From Octopus vulgaris (Eukaryota), in NCBI GenBank assembly GCA_951406725.2, contig OX597820.1:27838001-27902000 (forward strand): a stretch of 64,000 nucleotides of DNA. The letters run 5' to 3'. The notes under the pieces were generated by a model, which saw only the letters and a program-made list of their open reading frames with translations, was not told where the DNA came from and ran no database searches. Positions 13,239 to 27,039 of the stretch are shown here, piece after piece (the first letter of the stretch is position 1; each line of letters opens with the position of its first letter). The position numbers and the translations under genes were made by a program.

Positions 13239-13305
<67 letters not shown>

Positions 13306-13492
13306 TAAGTGAGTGAGTGAGAGAGAAACATTTGGCTTCTATTCTAGCAGATCCAGTACCCTGTTGAGGTACCTTTATCGGATATTCCTATAAGATCGAT
13401 TTGCGATTATCCTCTTTTTTTGTTTCTGTTTATTTCTGTCAGTGTTTTGTTTTTCTTCCTCTCATATACTGTTTTCATTAAAGGATTTTGAA

Positions 13493-13535
<43 letters not shown>

Positions 13536-13854
13536 GTTTCGACTTCTTTCTCTTCTCCCCAACCGTCTCTCTCTCTCTTTCAATATATATTATGAGGTCA
13601 GAAAGGTTGGAAGAAAGCCAAACGGGATTTAATTAACATATGTTTATGTTCGATTTTAGTTAACAAAGAGAAAATGAAAACAGCACGCATCTCCCGACAA
13701 AGGAAATATGCGCTGTAACCCTTCCAAAACAAACTCAATAAATTGGCTCGATAGAGAGGATTAAAGTTACTGAAAGTTGAATGAGGATAAGAGGCATTAA
13801 ATAAGAACAGCAAAGATCTATACACGCATACGTTTTATACTTACGTAACATCAT

Positions 13855-13857
13855 ATA

Positions 13858-13890
<33 letters not shown>

Positions 13891-14007
13891 TTGTGTGTGG
13901 ACGTGGATGTGTATACACATATGTGCTTCCTTATATAGATTTTTATTTGTTTATGCTGACTTTGATGGGCATACACACACACATATATATATATACATAT
14001 ATATATG

Positions 14008-14045
<38 letters not shown>

Positions 14046-14200
14046 GACATATATATATGTATATACATGCATAAATATATATGTATATATACGAACATTG
14101 ATGTGTACATATATACACATATATCTGTAGGTATATGTATACATACAAGTGTGTGTGTGTGTGCATTTCAGTATGCGTATATACACGTACATATGTATGA

Positions 14201-14231
<31 letters not shown>

Positions 14232-14269
14232 TGTATGTATGTATGTATGTATGTATGTATGTATGTACG

Positions 14270-14314
<45 letters not shown>

Positions 14315-14346
14315 AAATAAAAAGGCTGCAGTATCGAACTCTTATA

Positions 14347-14402
<56 letters not shown>

Positions 14403-14409
14403 AATATAC

Positions 14410-14471
<62 letters not shown>

Positions 14472-14510
14472 GCATACATATATATGCATACATAAATATA
14501 TATACATAGT
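13855..14510. repeat. Compound TG/TA/TATG microsatellite field
   Basis: Direct reading. Confidence 0.95.
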
Positions 14511-14986
14511 CAGGCACTCGACGTACACAAACACTCACTTTCACACACACACTTTTATATTTACAAGGAAAGACTATAGTTTCTTCATGCATTATAAAGT
14601 TATGTCATCTTATCTGCATTTCATTAACATTAATATCTTAAGCAGATTCGATTATAAAATCTTCACAGATTGCCTAACACATGTCAATAAGATTTAGGAG
14701 ATAACGTAACTACATAACTAAGGAACAAATGTTTTTTGTTTTTTTACATTTGATCTTTATATCTAAGATGAAACGGGGAATGGTTCTTTTAGTAGTTTTC
14801 TTTTTCGATACACAAGAATATGAATGGTGTTCTAAATATTGGCTGTATTTAAATTTAGATCTCTCTCCCTTTCTCTTAGCCCTCTCTCTTTCCCTCTTTC
14901 AGTCTCTAACTGTTCTGCCTGTCTGTTGGTCTGTTTGTCTGTGCTCTCTATATACATACATATACACATACGTACATACATACAGA

Positions 14987-15021
<35 letters not shown>

Positions 15022-15129
15022 GTGTTTATATATGTATTTATATATATATCTGTGGGTGTGTATGTGTGTGTATATATATATAGAGAGAGAGAGAGAGTGA
15101 GAGTGAGAAAGAGAGAGGGGAAGAAAGAG

Positions 15130-16208
15130 ACTATAATCTAAATAAAGGGTGGAGTGCCTCAGGTAACAGTATTGAAGCCGCTGCTCTTCAGAGTCGCTCT
15201 TTCAGACATGCCATCAGTTACAAAGACAGCTACACTTACTAGCTATACCAACGACACAAAAGTATTACCAGCAGTCAAAGAACCCTTCTGAATCTAATCT
15301 TCTACAGAAAGACCTAGAGGCCACATATAAATTGGCCGAAAAACAACAACATGAATTTAATGCAGGTAAATTCCAAGCGCTTTGCTATCAGGAATTTGGT
15401 GCTCAGAAGCCGCGACAAGGATACTTTGGACCAAAAGCAATCCCTGAGTCACGTATTGTACGAGAACTGGGGATTGATATGAGCAACGATGCCTCGCTTC
15501 ACATGCATGTCATCAAGGTAGTGTCAGCTTGCGTGCGAATAATCAGATGAATTCTGGCAACCTTCAGAACAAGGGAGCAGAAAACTATGCTGGTTTTATG
15601 GAGTACATTTTTACTCAGCAGTCTAAACCAGTGCTTCAACTGTGATCTCCCTATAATGTCAACTTAGTATCAGAACTTGAGGCAGTTCGGCGGTGTTACA
15701 CCAGAAAGATTGCATCAATTGAACAGCTGAGCTACTGGGGAAAACTGAAAGAGATACACATCTGCGCCCTGGAGCGAAGTCGGGAGAGGTATGCAGTGGT
15801 ATATGTATGGAAAGTCCTGAAGGGGCTGGCACCATACTTTGCTGTCGACATCCGAGCATCCGAACTGGACGTCACTGTACAGTTCCAAAGGTCCGAGCTA
15901 TCCCGTCTAAGGTGAGAATCATGTACTGCAATAGCTTGGAATTCAAGGGCCCACAGATATATACCGGCTTCCCAAAGTATGTGAGGGATCTTTATGGAGT
16001 AAGTATAGATGATTTCATGAAGCAACTAGAACTCCTGATATCCAAGATCCCAGCGGAACTAATATCAAGGCAACAGACTAAAATAAAAAAGAGGCAGCAG
16101 TGTCGAACTGCTTTCTTCATCAAATTTAGTCATTGAAACGGTGATTACTCAGGCGGTGCTCCAGCATAGCTACTGCCTAAGGTTTGAAACATGTAGAAGG
16201 ATAAAAGA

Positions 16209-16210
<2 letters not shown>
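15130..16210 (+). mobile_element. 5'-truncated LINE (CR1/L2-group RT C-terminal half plus 3' tail), pseudogenised
   Basis: GVPQ.TVL.PLLF at 15151, SY(TN)DTK (decayed YADD), WAE....FNAGKFQAL, RELGIDMSND, LERSRERYAVVYVWKVLKG, with stops and frameshifts. Confidence 0.85.
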
Positions 16211-16289
<79 letters not shown>

Positions 16290-17124
16290 CATATATACAT
16301 ATATAAACGCTTCCAGACTGAGCAGTACCAAACCAAGGAAATGAATAACGAAACAAACTAGTACAAAAGTACATATACACACATATATATATATACATAT
16401 ATATATATATTTATGTATGTATGTATGTATGTATGTATGTATACACATATTTCAAAGCATTATGTATGTATGTATGTATGGAATGATATATGTCTATACA
16501 TACAGTTATACATGTATGTGTTTTTCTGCAAATGTGTAAGAGTATGACCGTTTTGTATGTGTTTGTAAGTGTCTGCGTGTTTCTGCCTTTGCGCCTGTAT
16601 GTTTGATGTGTGCGGGAGTGTGTATGTGCACGCGCGTTTGGGTGTGTATGTATGAGTGTGTGTGTGTGTGTGTGCGTGTGCACGTGCATGTTTGCGTGTG
16701 TGCGTGTGTAAGTGCGATAATGGACGGTCGTTTCGATATACAATACGTTATTCCCTTAGGAGTAGTTCTGGCACCAAAGTGAAATGTAATTAGAAATATC
16801 GTAATGGAAATGAAACCCACAAAACAATATGTACAAAACAATAGGTCAACGGTAACCACATCCACACATCATCATCGATAACTGACAAGACATACATTTT
16901 TATTAGTCGTTTTATCATTTCTCTTTAAAAGTATGCTGCTGGCAAAATTGTTACCTCTCCGGACCAAATGCTTAACGGTATTCCTTCCGGCTTTGCGAAC
17001 GAAAATGAATACTAGTTGAGTACTGGATTCGATATAATTGACGAGCCACTTCCATCAAGATTTCAGGCCTTGCGATTATAGCAGAAAGGGTTATTTATAT
17101 CTGTTTGGTAAGGTGATGAACTGG

Positions 17125-17411
17125 TGGAGGCTCAATGGCCCAGTGGTTAGGGCAGCGGACTCGCGGTTGGAGGATCACTGTTTCGATTCCCAGACCGGGC
17201 GTTGTGTGTGTTTATTGAGCGAAAATACCTAAATCTCCACGAGGCTCCGGCAGGGTGGTGGTGTCCGCGACCCCTGTTGTATTCTTTCGCCCCAACATTC
17301 TCTCACTCTCTCTTCCTGTTTATTGAGTAACGCTACGATGGACTGGCATCTCGTCCAACTGGGGGGAACACATACGCCACAGAAACCGGGAAACCGGGCC
17401 CATAATAAATA
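17125..17411 (+). mobile_element. SINE family C (tRNA-derived) with 15-bp TSD, inserted in the head of a family A SINE
   Basis: TSD AAGGTGATGAACTGG at 17110-17124 and 17412-17426. A box TGGCCCAGTGG and B box GTTTCGATTCC. Confidence 0.85.
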
Positions 17412-18350
17412 AAGGTGATGAACTGGCAGTATCGTAACTGTACTGGACAACTGCTTAGCAGCATTTTTCTGGCTAGTTACGTTTTTAGTTTAAAATGCCG
17501 CCAAAATCAACTTTGCCTTTTATCCTTTTAGGGTCGGTAATGTGAGTACCAGTTCAACAGTGAGACTGATTACATCGAGTTTCTCCCTCCCCCACAAAAT
17601 TGCTGGCCTTGTATCAAAAACTAGAACCTTTTGAAAAATTATCTCTGTTCCGTGATAGTCCTTGACCGATAGATTTTGCAGAAGGTTTTTATTACAGGGA
17701 ATGTCTCATATATATAATAATCCTTTCTACTGAAGGCACAAGGCCTTGAAAATTTGGGGGAGGGGACTAGTCGATTATATCGACCCCAGTGTTTCACTGG
17801 TACTTAATTTATCGACCCTAAAAAGATGAAAAGCAATGTGCACCTCGTCGGAATTTGAACTCAGAACGTGCAGTAGACAAAATATCGCTAAGCATTTCGT
17901 CCAGCGCGCTAACGATTCTGCCAGCTCATCGCCCTTCTCGAGTAAATGATAAGAGCTCTCAATTGTTGCTGAAGGCCAGCAGTTTTGAAGAGCTGTGGGT
18001 AGTCGATACAAATTAACCCGGTACTTAATTTCTACTTTAATAACGGAATTCGAACTCAGATCGTAAGGCATCAGAAGAAATAATACTATATATTTTGTAG
18101 GAGGCTCTAATGATTCTAACTATTTATAACTTTTCCATATATTTTATAATTCTTTCTACTGTAGGCATGCGGCCTGAAATTTGTGGAGAGGCAGCGGGTC
18201 AATTACACAAACCCGGTGTTAGACTGGTACTTACTTTCTCGACTCCGAGAGGGCAAAAGGTGTAGTCGGCCTTGACAGAATTTCATTAGTGAGTGGAAAA
18301 CCGGAAGAAAAGCGCTGAGCTTTAGCCAGCGTGCTGTTGCTGACCAGTGT
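17412..18350. mobile_element. Cluster of family A SINEs (one +, three -)
   Basis: Copies at about 17412-17630 (+), 17716-17935 (-), 17960-18120 (-) and 18146-18350 (-). Confidence 0.7.
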
Positions 18351-18950
18351 GCCAGCTGATAATGTGCCTGATAATGGAGAAGCGATATGGATATGAAGCA
18401 GGTGTTCGTGGACAGACGTTAGACTTTGCAGTGTGGCGCGCAGTTAATAGATAAGCCAAACATTCTAGGAATCTTGTATTATCAATGTATTATCGTATCG
18501 ATTACAAAGTAATTAGTTTTGCTCTGATGGAATAGTCAGAGAATCTATTTCACAGATTTACATTCTGTAAACTGTTTGGCTTCATATCACATATTTCAGT
18601 ATAGAGACTTTATATACATTACATTTATATAACTTTCTATGAAATTTGGGATGCTCATGTTGCTGTTGTTGTTGTTGCTGTTACTTAAACCAAGATCAGT
18701 CGTGATCAAGCAGAACTATTATCAGAGGGGTACTTAACATGGTCACTCCATTGTTCTTTACATATATAACATAATTAAAGAGGGAAAATATTATGCAATA
18801 TGCCCTTTTATTTATAGTTGTAGAATAATTCTTGACATCTACTTTTACCAGATGTGGCATCAAATTAGAGCTCTCCTTGTTGGCTTGATCTTGAGTTGTA
18901 GAAATTTGTGCATGTGTGTATGTATGTATGTATGTTTGTATGTATGTATG

Positions 18951-19450
18951 ACATTATTCAGTTTCGTTTAATTATTTCTTGTCAATAGAGAAGAGCCGGT
19001 TTCTAATCTAGATCCAAGGCTCCTTCACTGCAATTTCTACAACGTCTACACGGTATTTTTGCACGTAAGTCGTTTCTCAGTTTTATTTCAAGATTTCTTG
19101 CCAATAGAGAAAGAGCCAGTTTCTAACCGAGATCCAAGGCCCCTTCGTTGGAATTTCAACACCAAAACAGTATTTTAGTGTGTAGGTATGTATATGTACA
19201 AATTTGTATGTTTTGTTTTATGTATCTATTCTCATGCCTAGAGTTGCATCTCTAGACATGATGATATATACTTAAATGATAAACTTCTGGTAAGATTTAC
19301 AGATTTTTACAGTTCCAGTGATGGACTGGATCTGTAATCTTCAAATCAGCTTTCTCCTTTCTCAAACTCTATTTCATATTCCAGTGCCTCAATAATTACA
19401 TATGTATACCTGAACTACCGGTCTGGATTTAGCAACTGCAGATTTCTCAG
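18951..19450 (-). mobile_element. 5'-truncated RLE-type LINE (R4/Dong-like C-terminus and 3' UTR) in (CATA)n
   Basis: Minus frames read LRNLQLLNPDR*FRYTYVIIEAL and RRKLI*RLQIQSITGTVKICKSYQKF. The 3' UTR has a ~120-bp tandem repeat. (TATG)n on both sides. Confidence 0.65.
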
Positions 19451-20782
19451 TATGTATGTATGTATGTATGTATGTATGTATGTATGTATGTATGTATGTA
19501 TGTATGTATGTATGTGTGTGCGCATGTACGCACGGTTGTATATATAAATACTATATACATATATATACATACATAAATTCAATAGAAAGGATACACATGA
19601 CAATCCAATAATTTATTTATATTATAACATAATATACTATGAATATAATATAACATAAACCATTATTTATAAAAACAAAAAAAAACCATCAATTTGTTTC
19701 GACTTATATACATTTTTTATATATAAACAATTCAATTCCCTTATATATATAAGCCTCATTAGGACAATTGGCGTGTAGATAGACGAAATTCCACGTGAAA
19801 GAATTACTTAATTAAAATTATACACCCATTTGAAGGACTTTTTTTCCTTTGTTTGTTACCTTATATAAATACATACATATGAACAGTTACATAAATTCAT
19901 ATTTCATATTCAGAGAAATGATTATTTGTAAGAGATTGTAAATATAATCTAGTGATATCTATGCCTGCCTTCAAGAACATAAAATTAGGGAATTTTAATA
20001 GTAGAAACTCTGGTCGTTGACTATGTTCAGCAGCGCATATACTTAGTGACATTTAATATCCTTCCAGAAATATATTATAATTAATTCTACTCAAAAACAA
20101 TTTACAAGTTGTTGCATACTGACGAATATCAGTAAATTAAGTTTATGCCTTTCCTTGTAATCTTATATCAACATTGGAATTAATTTGCAAAATGGAAAGC
20201 CCAAACCAGCTTACGCAATACGAATTGATTTATTTTGATCGTACTCTGATCAAGTTAGTTAAATTAATAATATGGTAAATATATCATTTGAAGTGTTTAT
20301 ATACTATCCAATCAGGAAATTTATCACTACAAGTTATATTATTTTATGCAGTGATTGGGAAATTAATTATTATAAGTATGTTTATTTCTGTTGGTTTAAA
20401 ATTGCAACGTAAAATAAATGTCATGTAATTTTTTAAGCAGAAAATCTGCTTTTGATTAAAATTAATTTAATATATTTGTAATTTCTTCTTTGAAACCTAC
20501 TGTCCGCTTTATTTTATCCATGTAATTTTTGAGACACTACAACGATGCTATTTATAATACATTGATCAATGAAGACGCATTTATGTGGCAGCTCTTTCTG
20601 CCAGAAATAGTAGACAAGGCTCCCTTCAGTCATATTCTCTGACGACTTAATGAAAGAAAGCACGTCGTTTGCTTCACTGGAAATGGAAATATCACCCTTG
20701 CCTCATACAATACCTCTTAAAAACCGGAAACCCTTATTGAACAACATAGTTTGTCATATTAGAATATAGTCAGTGGAATCAT

Positions 20783-21155
20783 TTATCTTTTATCTTTTAC
20801 TTGTTGCAGTCATTGGACTGCGACCTCCAAGGAGTACCACTTTGGAGGGTCTTATTCGAACAGATCGACCGCAGTACTTATGATTTTTTTAAAGTTTGGT
20901 ACTTATTCTATTCTTATGTTCTGTCGAATCGCTAAGCGACAGGGAGGTAAATAAACCAGCACCAGCTGTCATGAGGTGTGGTCATCACACCTTGATGGGT
21001 TTCCACAGCGTTTCTGCCAACCGAATTCATTCGCAATTATTTGGACAGCCCGGAACTGTTATTGGAGATACCTGCCCAAGAATTTACGCTTTGGTATTGA
21101 ACCTGAAACTACTTGATTACAAATCAAGCTTCTTAACCACACAACCGTGCCTGTC
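20783..21155 (-). mobile_element. SINE family B, old copy
   Basis: Colinear with 61986-62393 but strongly diverged. Confidence 0.7.
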
Positions 21156-21633
21156 CTTATAGTGAACTCTGGGCTTATAACCCTCTGTATCCGCCTAGCG
21201 GAGTATAAGTTTGTGTTATTGCTTATATGTCATGTTAGTTTCATAAGCCATACACTTCCTTACTGATTCAGGGCATTTGAGAATCGGGTATTAATTCTGG
21301 ATTGGAATTTTTCTCCTCCTGGATTCATTGATTTCACTATGGTTAAGGAGCTCAGTCTACCTTCATAAAAAATCTATTTAAGCCATAGATGGGATCCTGA
21401 CCACTACTATCGTCTGGTATCCAGAGCAGACCTAGTGGTAGTGATAATTAACGAGTAACTCTATGCTCCCTACAATTCCAGAACCCCTGAAATGAAGCTT
21501 CACCACCGGGTGCAGGTTAATTTTATACCCAGTACCTAGGGATAAACGGACAACTTCAGCCAACATAATTTTATCATTACATATTGCTGTAAATGACCCC
21601 GCGATTAATGGGCAAATATTTAGTTATCATTCC

Positions 21634-21910
21634 GTTGTGTCTAGGGAGAGTCATTATATCAATATCATTAACACACGTACTGGTTCACTTCCACTCCTTT
21701 CTTAGTATTAAATTGGTTAAATATCCAACTAACTCATCGATTGTTTAATTTATTTTTGTTTGTCAACGAAAGACCTTTGACAAAGACAAAGCCAGTTAAA
21801 CATTTGATTAGTTATTTGAATAATTAACCAAGTGACTAATAATAAAGGAGTAGAATTGAAACAGTGTATGTGTTAATTACATTGGCTTAAAGACTCTCCC
21901 TAGACACAAC
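21634..21910. mobile_element. Foldback MITE-like element, 277 bp
   Basis: Perfect 19-bp IR GTTGTGTCTAGGGAGAGTC / GACTCTCCCTAGACACAAC, with imperfect complementarity continuing ~110 bp inward. Confidence 0.7.
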
Positions 21911-22690
21911 AAAATTTGTTTAAACACACGAATTCACATAATGAATCTTGCAAACCAGATATAAAAACGAAGTGCTTATCAGTTTATATACACTAATGAT
22001 AATTTAATCTTTACCTTGTCTATTTCGTTTCCCATCTTAACACTTTTTCCTTTCATATTGTTAACCTACGAGTCTACATACAAATTCTAACACGCAATAA
22101 ATTGATCTTTACGTTAATTAAACCTACCAGAGACTAAACTTATTTCCCGTTATACCAGGAGATAATATAAACAATTACGAGCGTAGTTTTTCGTCATTAA
22201 CCGACTATAGCTCCTATAAAAAAATAATATATCTTAAAATGAAAACCTGAAACATAGACATTACCAATAATGTGTTACGGGTGGAATCTATAATATGTAA
22301 ACACAAAATATTTATTGATTCTGAAGAGTAAATCGTTTAATTATCACTGCATGTTGTCTGTAATTACTTTATTAATAATTATCCATGTGTGTAGAAAGAC
22401 GATAAATTGAATTTTTGCATGTTTATATATAGAATTATTGCAGGTCTAGAAAATGTCTCTATTATTTTATCTTTTAATTACTTTATCAAATTATCAAATT
22501 CATTCACTTATTTCTGAGTATCTAAACGTGGCTAACACCATGATCTCTCTTCCCCACTCACTCTTATTTACTCTCTCTCACCCTCCCTCTCTCTCGTATA
22601 CACACACACACACGCACACATATGAATGTATATATGTGCATGTTTGTATATATATTCGCTCACTCTCCTCTCTCTCTCTCTCCCTCCTTC

Positions 22691-22724
<34 letters not shown>

Positions 22725-22728
<4 letters not shown>

Positions 22729-22905
22729 ATTTGTTCTAGGCATTTCATTGCAGCCATGCCAGAATACCGCCTTCAGTCGAACAAATCAAACGCAGGACTT
22801 ATTCTATCGTTCTCTTTCGCCGAACCGCAAATTTACGGGGACGTAAGCACACTAACATTTGTTGTCAAGCGATGATGAGGGGACAAACACAGACACACAA
22901 ACACA
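22725..22905 (-). mobile_element. SINE family B 3' half
   Basis: GCCGAACCGC...ACGGGGACGTAAGCACAC...TGTCAAGCGATG motif. Confidence 0.7.
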
Positions 22906-23803
22906 CACACATATATATATATATACATACATATATGTATAAATATATATGTGTGTGTATGCGTGACTATATATATGTACGTATATATATGTATATCGGT
23001 GACTATGTATGTATATATATATATATATATATATACATGTGTGTGAGTGTGTGTAAGTAGGTGTGTGCCTATTTTACTCTCAGGTTTCACTGGACAATGC
23101 TTCTTGAATAAACACAACTCACGACGATCGGTGCAAGGATTCATCGTAATCGTCATGACGATCAACATCATCAGTAGCAAAAGAGGAAACGAAACTACAA
23201 TACATCCAATGGAAGAATTTGGCATGTATACAATTAATGAGAAGATCAATAAATAACGTTAGCTTGAAATTGAACCCGTCTTGGAAGGATGTCTTCAAGT
23301 CTTAACTCTGACTCTGGAGAATTCACTAGATGAAACAGGATGAGACATGAAGTGAATTTACCAGACTAGTGAACACACATCGTTTGTATGTGATGAATGC
23401 CACCGCCGCAAACTTTCTTAATTATTACTGAAACACAGCCTAAGGGTTATTATTACGAAATTACATGTAATAAAACTGTATGACGCACATTGTTTTCTCA
23501 ACATAATCTAATGTAAATAGTATAAATGTACACGGAATAACAATCCTTTGGTGCGAAGACAGGTGTCTAGGCAGTGTATTAGAACATGGTTTGTGTCACC
23601 AGGCGATCTTCAAGATCTGTGCTCGGAGCTTAGGATCGCTTGCAGGCACAAGGCGTGTTATAAAAACCTGACTTTACTCGTCTCTTCACAGGAAGAATTT
23701 ATTAGTAGCTAGTAACTTTATTCTATGTACATTAAATCATATTTAACTGCCACTGGGTGGAGTACAGTGTTTGGGAACTGTTAACTATCTATCTATCTAT
23801 CTA

Positions 23804-23851
<48 letters not shown>

Positions 23852-23867
23852 TATATGATTATATATA

Positions 23868-24124
23868 TAAATTATAATTAAGGGTATCTAAGAGATACCA
23901 CCATGCTTGACATAACGGTCAAAATTTGATTCTACAATCACAGTAAATGTTCATACAGCACCAGGAGAAGATACAAAAACACAAAAACACAAAATAAACT
24001 AGCAAAAAAAATTACTGGATAATTCCAGATCCTGGATTTCTGACTCTGCATAAGAAATTCTCTGCCTTAATCAATGGAATATACACAGATAGCACATAAA
24101 TACACTCACACACACACACACAAT

Positions 24125-24203
<79 letters not shown>

Positions 24204-24362
24204 ATATGTATGTATATATATATTTATATTTATATATATATATACACAACATACGAATACTTACATATACGAACGGAAACATACATATATATTTTAGAGT
24301 CAAGTTTTACTGCTGTTTCAAGCATGGTGGTATCTCTTAGATGCCCTTAATTATAATTTTAA
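23868..24362. repeat. Inverted pair of ~65-bp repeat fragments around a CA/TA microsatellite
   Basis: AAATTATAATTAAGGGTATCTAAGAGATACCACCATGCTTGA at 23869 and its reverse complement at about 24318-24360. Confidence 0.75.
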
Positions 24363-24441
24363 TAATAATTATTACCTTTTTGAGGTTTTTATTCCCATGC
24401 TGGCCACCTGATAGGATCGGTAATTTGAATAACGATCTTAC

Positions 24442-24885
<444 letters not shown>

Positions 24886-25684
24886 CCGCACCTTCGAAAT
24901 TGAAACGCTTCGAGGGTTCCATATCCGAAAACTTTAAATGTTTTTCCACTTCATTCGTATTAAAGAAGTCGAAAGAATTACAACATCAAGAACAAAATCG
25001 GTAGGTCTGGTAATGCCCATACGATAAATGTGGGGGTAAGAGGAACGGCTATCGTTCAGTAGACGAAATGACAAAAATAAAGCGATGTTTGTTTATGTGA
25101 GTCTATAATTGGTCTATGACAACAGACATCAATATTGGGCTATAAAGTAATAATATTCGTTTGAAGTACGAAAATATTCGCTCCAAACAATATATTACAT
25201 TCAATATGTATACTATTAGCTTAAATTATTATAACTAAACAGTGCCAAATTACACTTCCGTAAACTAAATTGAACGCTGCAATAACTCAAGGCTCTTAGA
25301 ACTGAATATTCTGTATTGACGTGTTCTCTAAACCTGTTTACAAAATTAACAAAAACTCTGTCAACAAAACAATAACATTTCCTGTATCGACTGTAAGAAG
25401 ACGGCGTCTGCAACCTTCACCTAAAACTCGATGAAATTTGTTTTATTATTTTTATGAAAAATATTTCGCAATTTATTTTTTGCATAATAATTTTTGTCAA
25501 TAAATGAGCATCGTAAAAATAGACTTGTGTATTTTTCTTAGTCTTTCATTTGATCATGTCTAAAAAAAATTACCGTGATGAAAATTTTGGATTTACATTC
25601 TTCAGGTTTCGTTTCGCTTGATTCTCTGTTTATCTCTGTTATTTTCTTTTACAACTTTTAATGAGTGACGTTTATGTAATATCA

Positions 25685-25882
25685 TTTTCTTTTACGCTTT
25701 ATTTGTTTCAATCATTTGAATGTGGCTATGCTGGGGCACCGCGTTGAGACTCTAGTGCTCAGTTTCATAAACCCTGGTACTTATTCCATCGATTGATTTT
25801 TCCGAATAGCTAAGTTACAAGGACGCAAACACATCGAACCCTGTTGTCAAGCGATGATGGTGGATAACGAAACACACACACA

Positions 25883-25965
<83 letters not shown>

Positions 25966-26132
25966 GGAGAGAGACACAGAGAGAGAATTAAGTTTCCCCT
26001 CTTCTTAATCCACTCACAAGGTTTTGATCACTCCTAGGCTATAGTACAAGACACTTGCCAAAGAGTGGGAAATGAACCCGGAACAATTTGTCAAAGAAAC
26101 AAACTTCTTACCGCACATCCATCTTAGCGCCT
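25685..26132 (-). mobile_element. SINE family B, old copy
   Basis: Tail, internal (CA)n(TA)n and head are colinear with the intact copies. Confidence 0.75.
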
Positions 26133-26139
26133 GAAAGAT

Positions 26140-26240
26140 GTCTACAGCACTCAGGTTTCTCAAGGGTTTATCCAACTCAGTTCTAAATAGGTCGGACGTT
26201 GCTTAGTTTCGGTGATCAGATGAGAGCAGTTACTTTCAGA
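26140..26240 (-). pseudogene. 5S rRNA pseudogene, 5' ~18 nt missing
   Basis: rc reads TGAAAGTAACTGCTCTCATCTGATCACCGAAACTAAGCAACGTCCGACC...GAGAAACCTGAGTGCTGTAGAC, which aligns to the metazoan 5S consensus (GATCACCGAAGTTAAGCAACGTC...GTGCTGTAGGC). Confidence 0.85.
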
Positions 26241-26439
26241 AATTTCTTTATAATGTAACTCGTGTACTGATATAGATAACCAGACAATAAATTTTACTTC
26301 AATAAAAATCATTATCTCAAAGATATATCCATCAGACATTCCATGAAATGTGAAATTATCTTAAACACGTTCGATGTCTTGAAGTTCTATTTTACAATAT
26401 AATTATTTTATCTTTCATTATTTTATCTATAAGCGTTAG

Positions 26440-26655
26440 AAATACTGGTTTCAAATTTTGGCACAAGGCCAGCAATTTCGGAGAAGGGGTTAAGTCGATA
26501 GCATTGAACCCGATGCTGAACCGGTGCTTATTTTATCGAAGAAATAATGAAAAGCGAAATCGAACTCGACGGAATTTGAAATCAAAATGTGAAAACGGAT
26601 GAAATGCCGCTAAGCATATTGTCCGGCATGCTAACAATTCTGCCAGCTCACCGAT
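26440..26655 (-). mobile_element. SINE family A, old copy
   Basis: Family A core and head. Confidence 0.75.
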
Positions 26656-27039
26656 TTTCAAGCGTTAGAAATATTTGTGTATAACATGATTGTCAGATGT
26701 ATGTTGTAAGGTATTGTTAAAGCACTATGCAATTTGTAGGACGTTTATAAAATTTTAAAAAAGCCAAAAAATTCTCATTAAAAGAAAAACCTGAAAATTC
26801 TAAATAAAATATTTGTTTTGTATTTCGTTGCTCAGTTTTACGTTTCAGCAAATTATTTACCTAGTAAACATTCTGCGTTGCCTGCTTAAAATTCATTAGC
26901 AAAAATACTAAATTTGTGTGCAGTGCGAGTATTTATGTGTGTATATAAGTATGTGCGTCTATGCATGTGTTAGATATTGCGTAGTTCCTGTGTGATGACA
27001 GAACATTAAAGAGGACGAGGTATGCGTACCACCGTCCCG

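Noticed and set aside
17125-17200. tRNA gene
   Set aside because: The tRNA-like head continues into a SINE body and is bounded by a TSD.
23070-23260. Possible exon after the acceptor-like TTTTACTCTCAG
   Set aside because: No recognisable protein and no partner exon; cannot be supported without RNA data.
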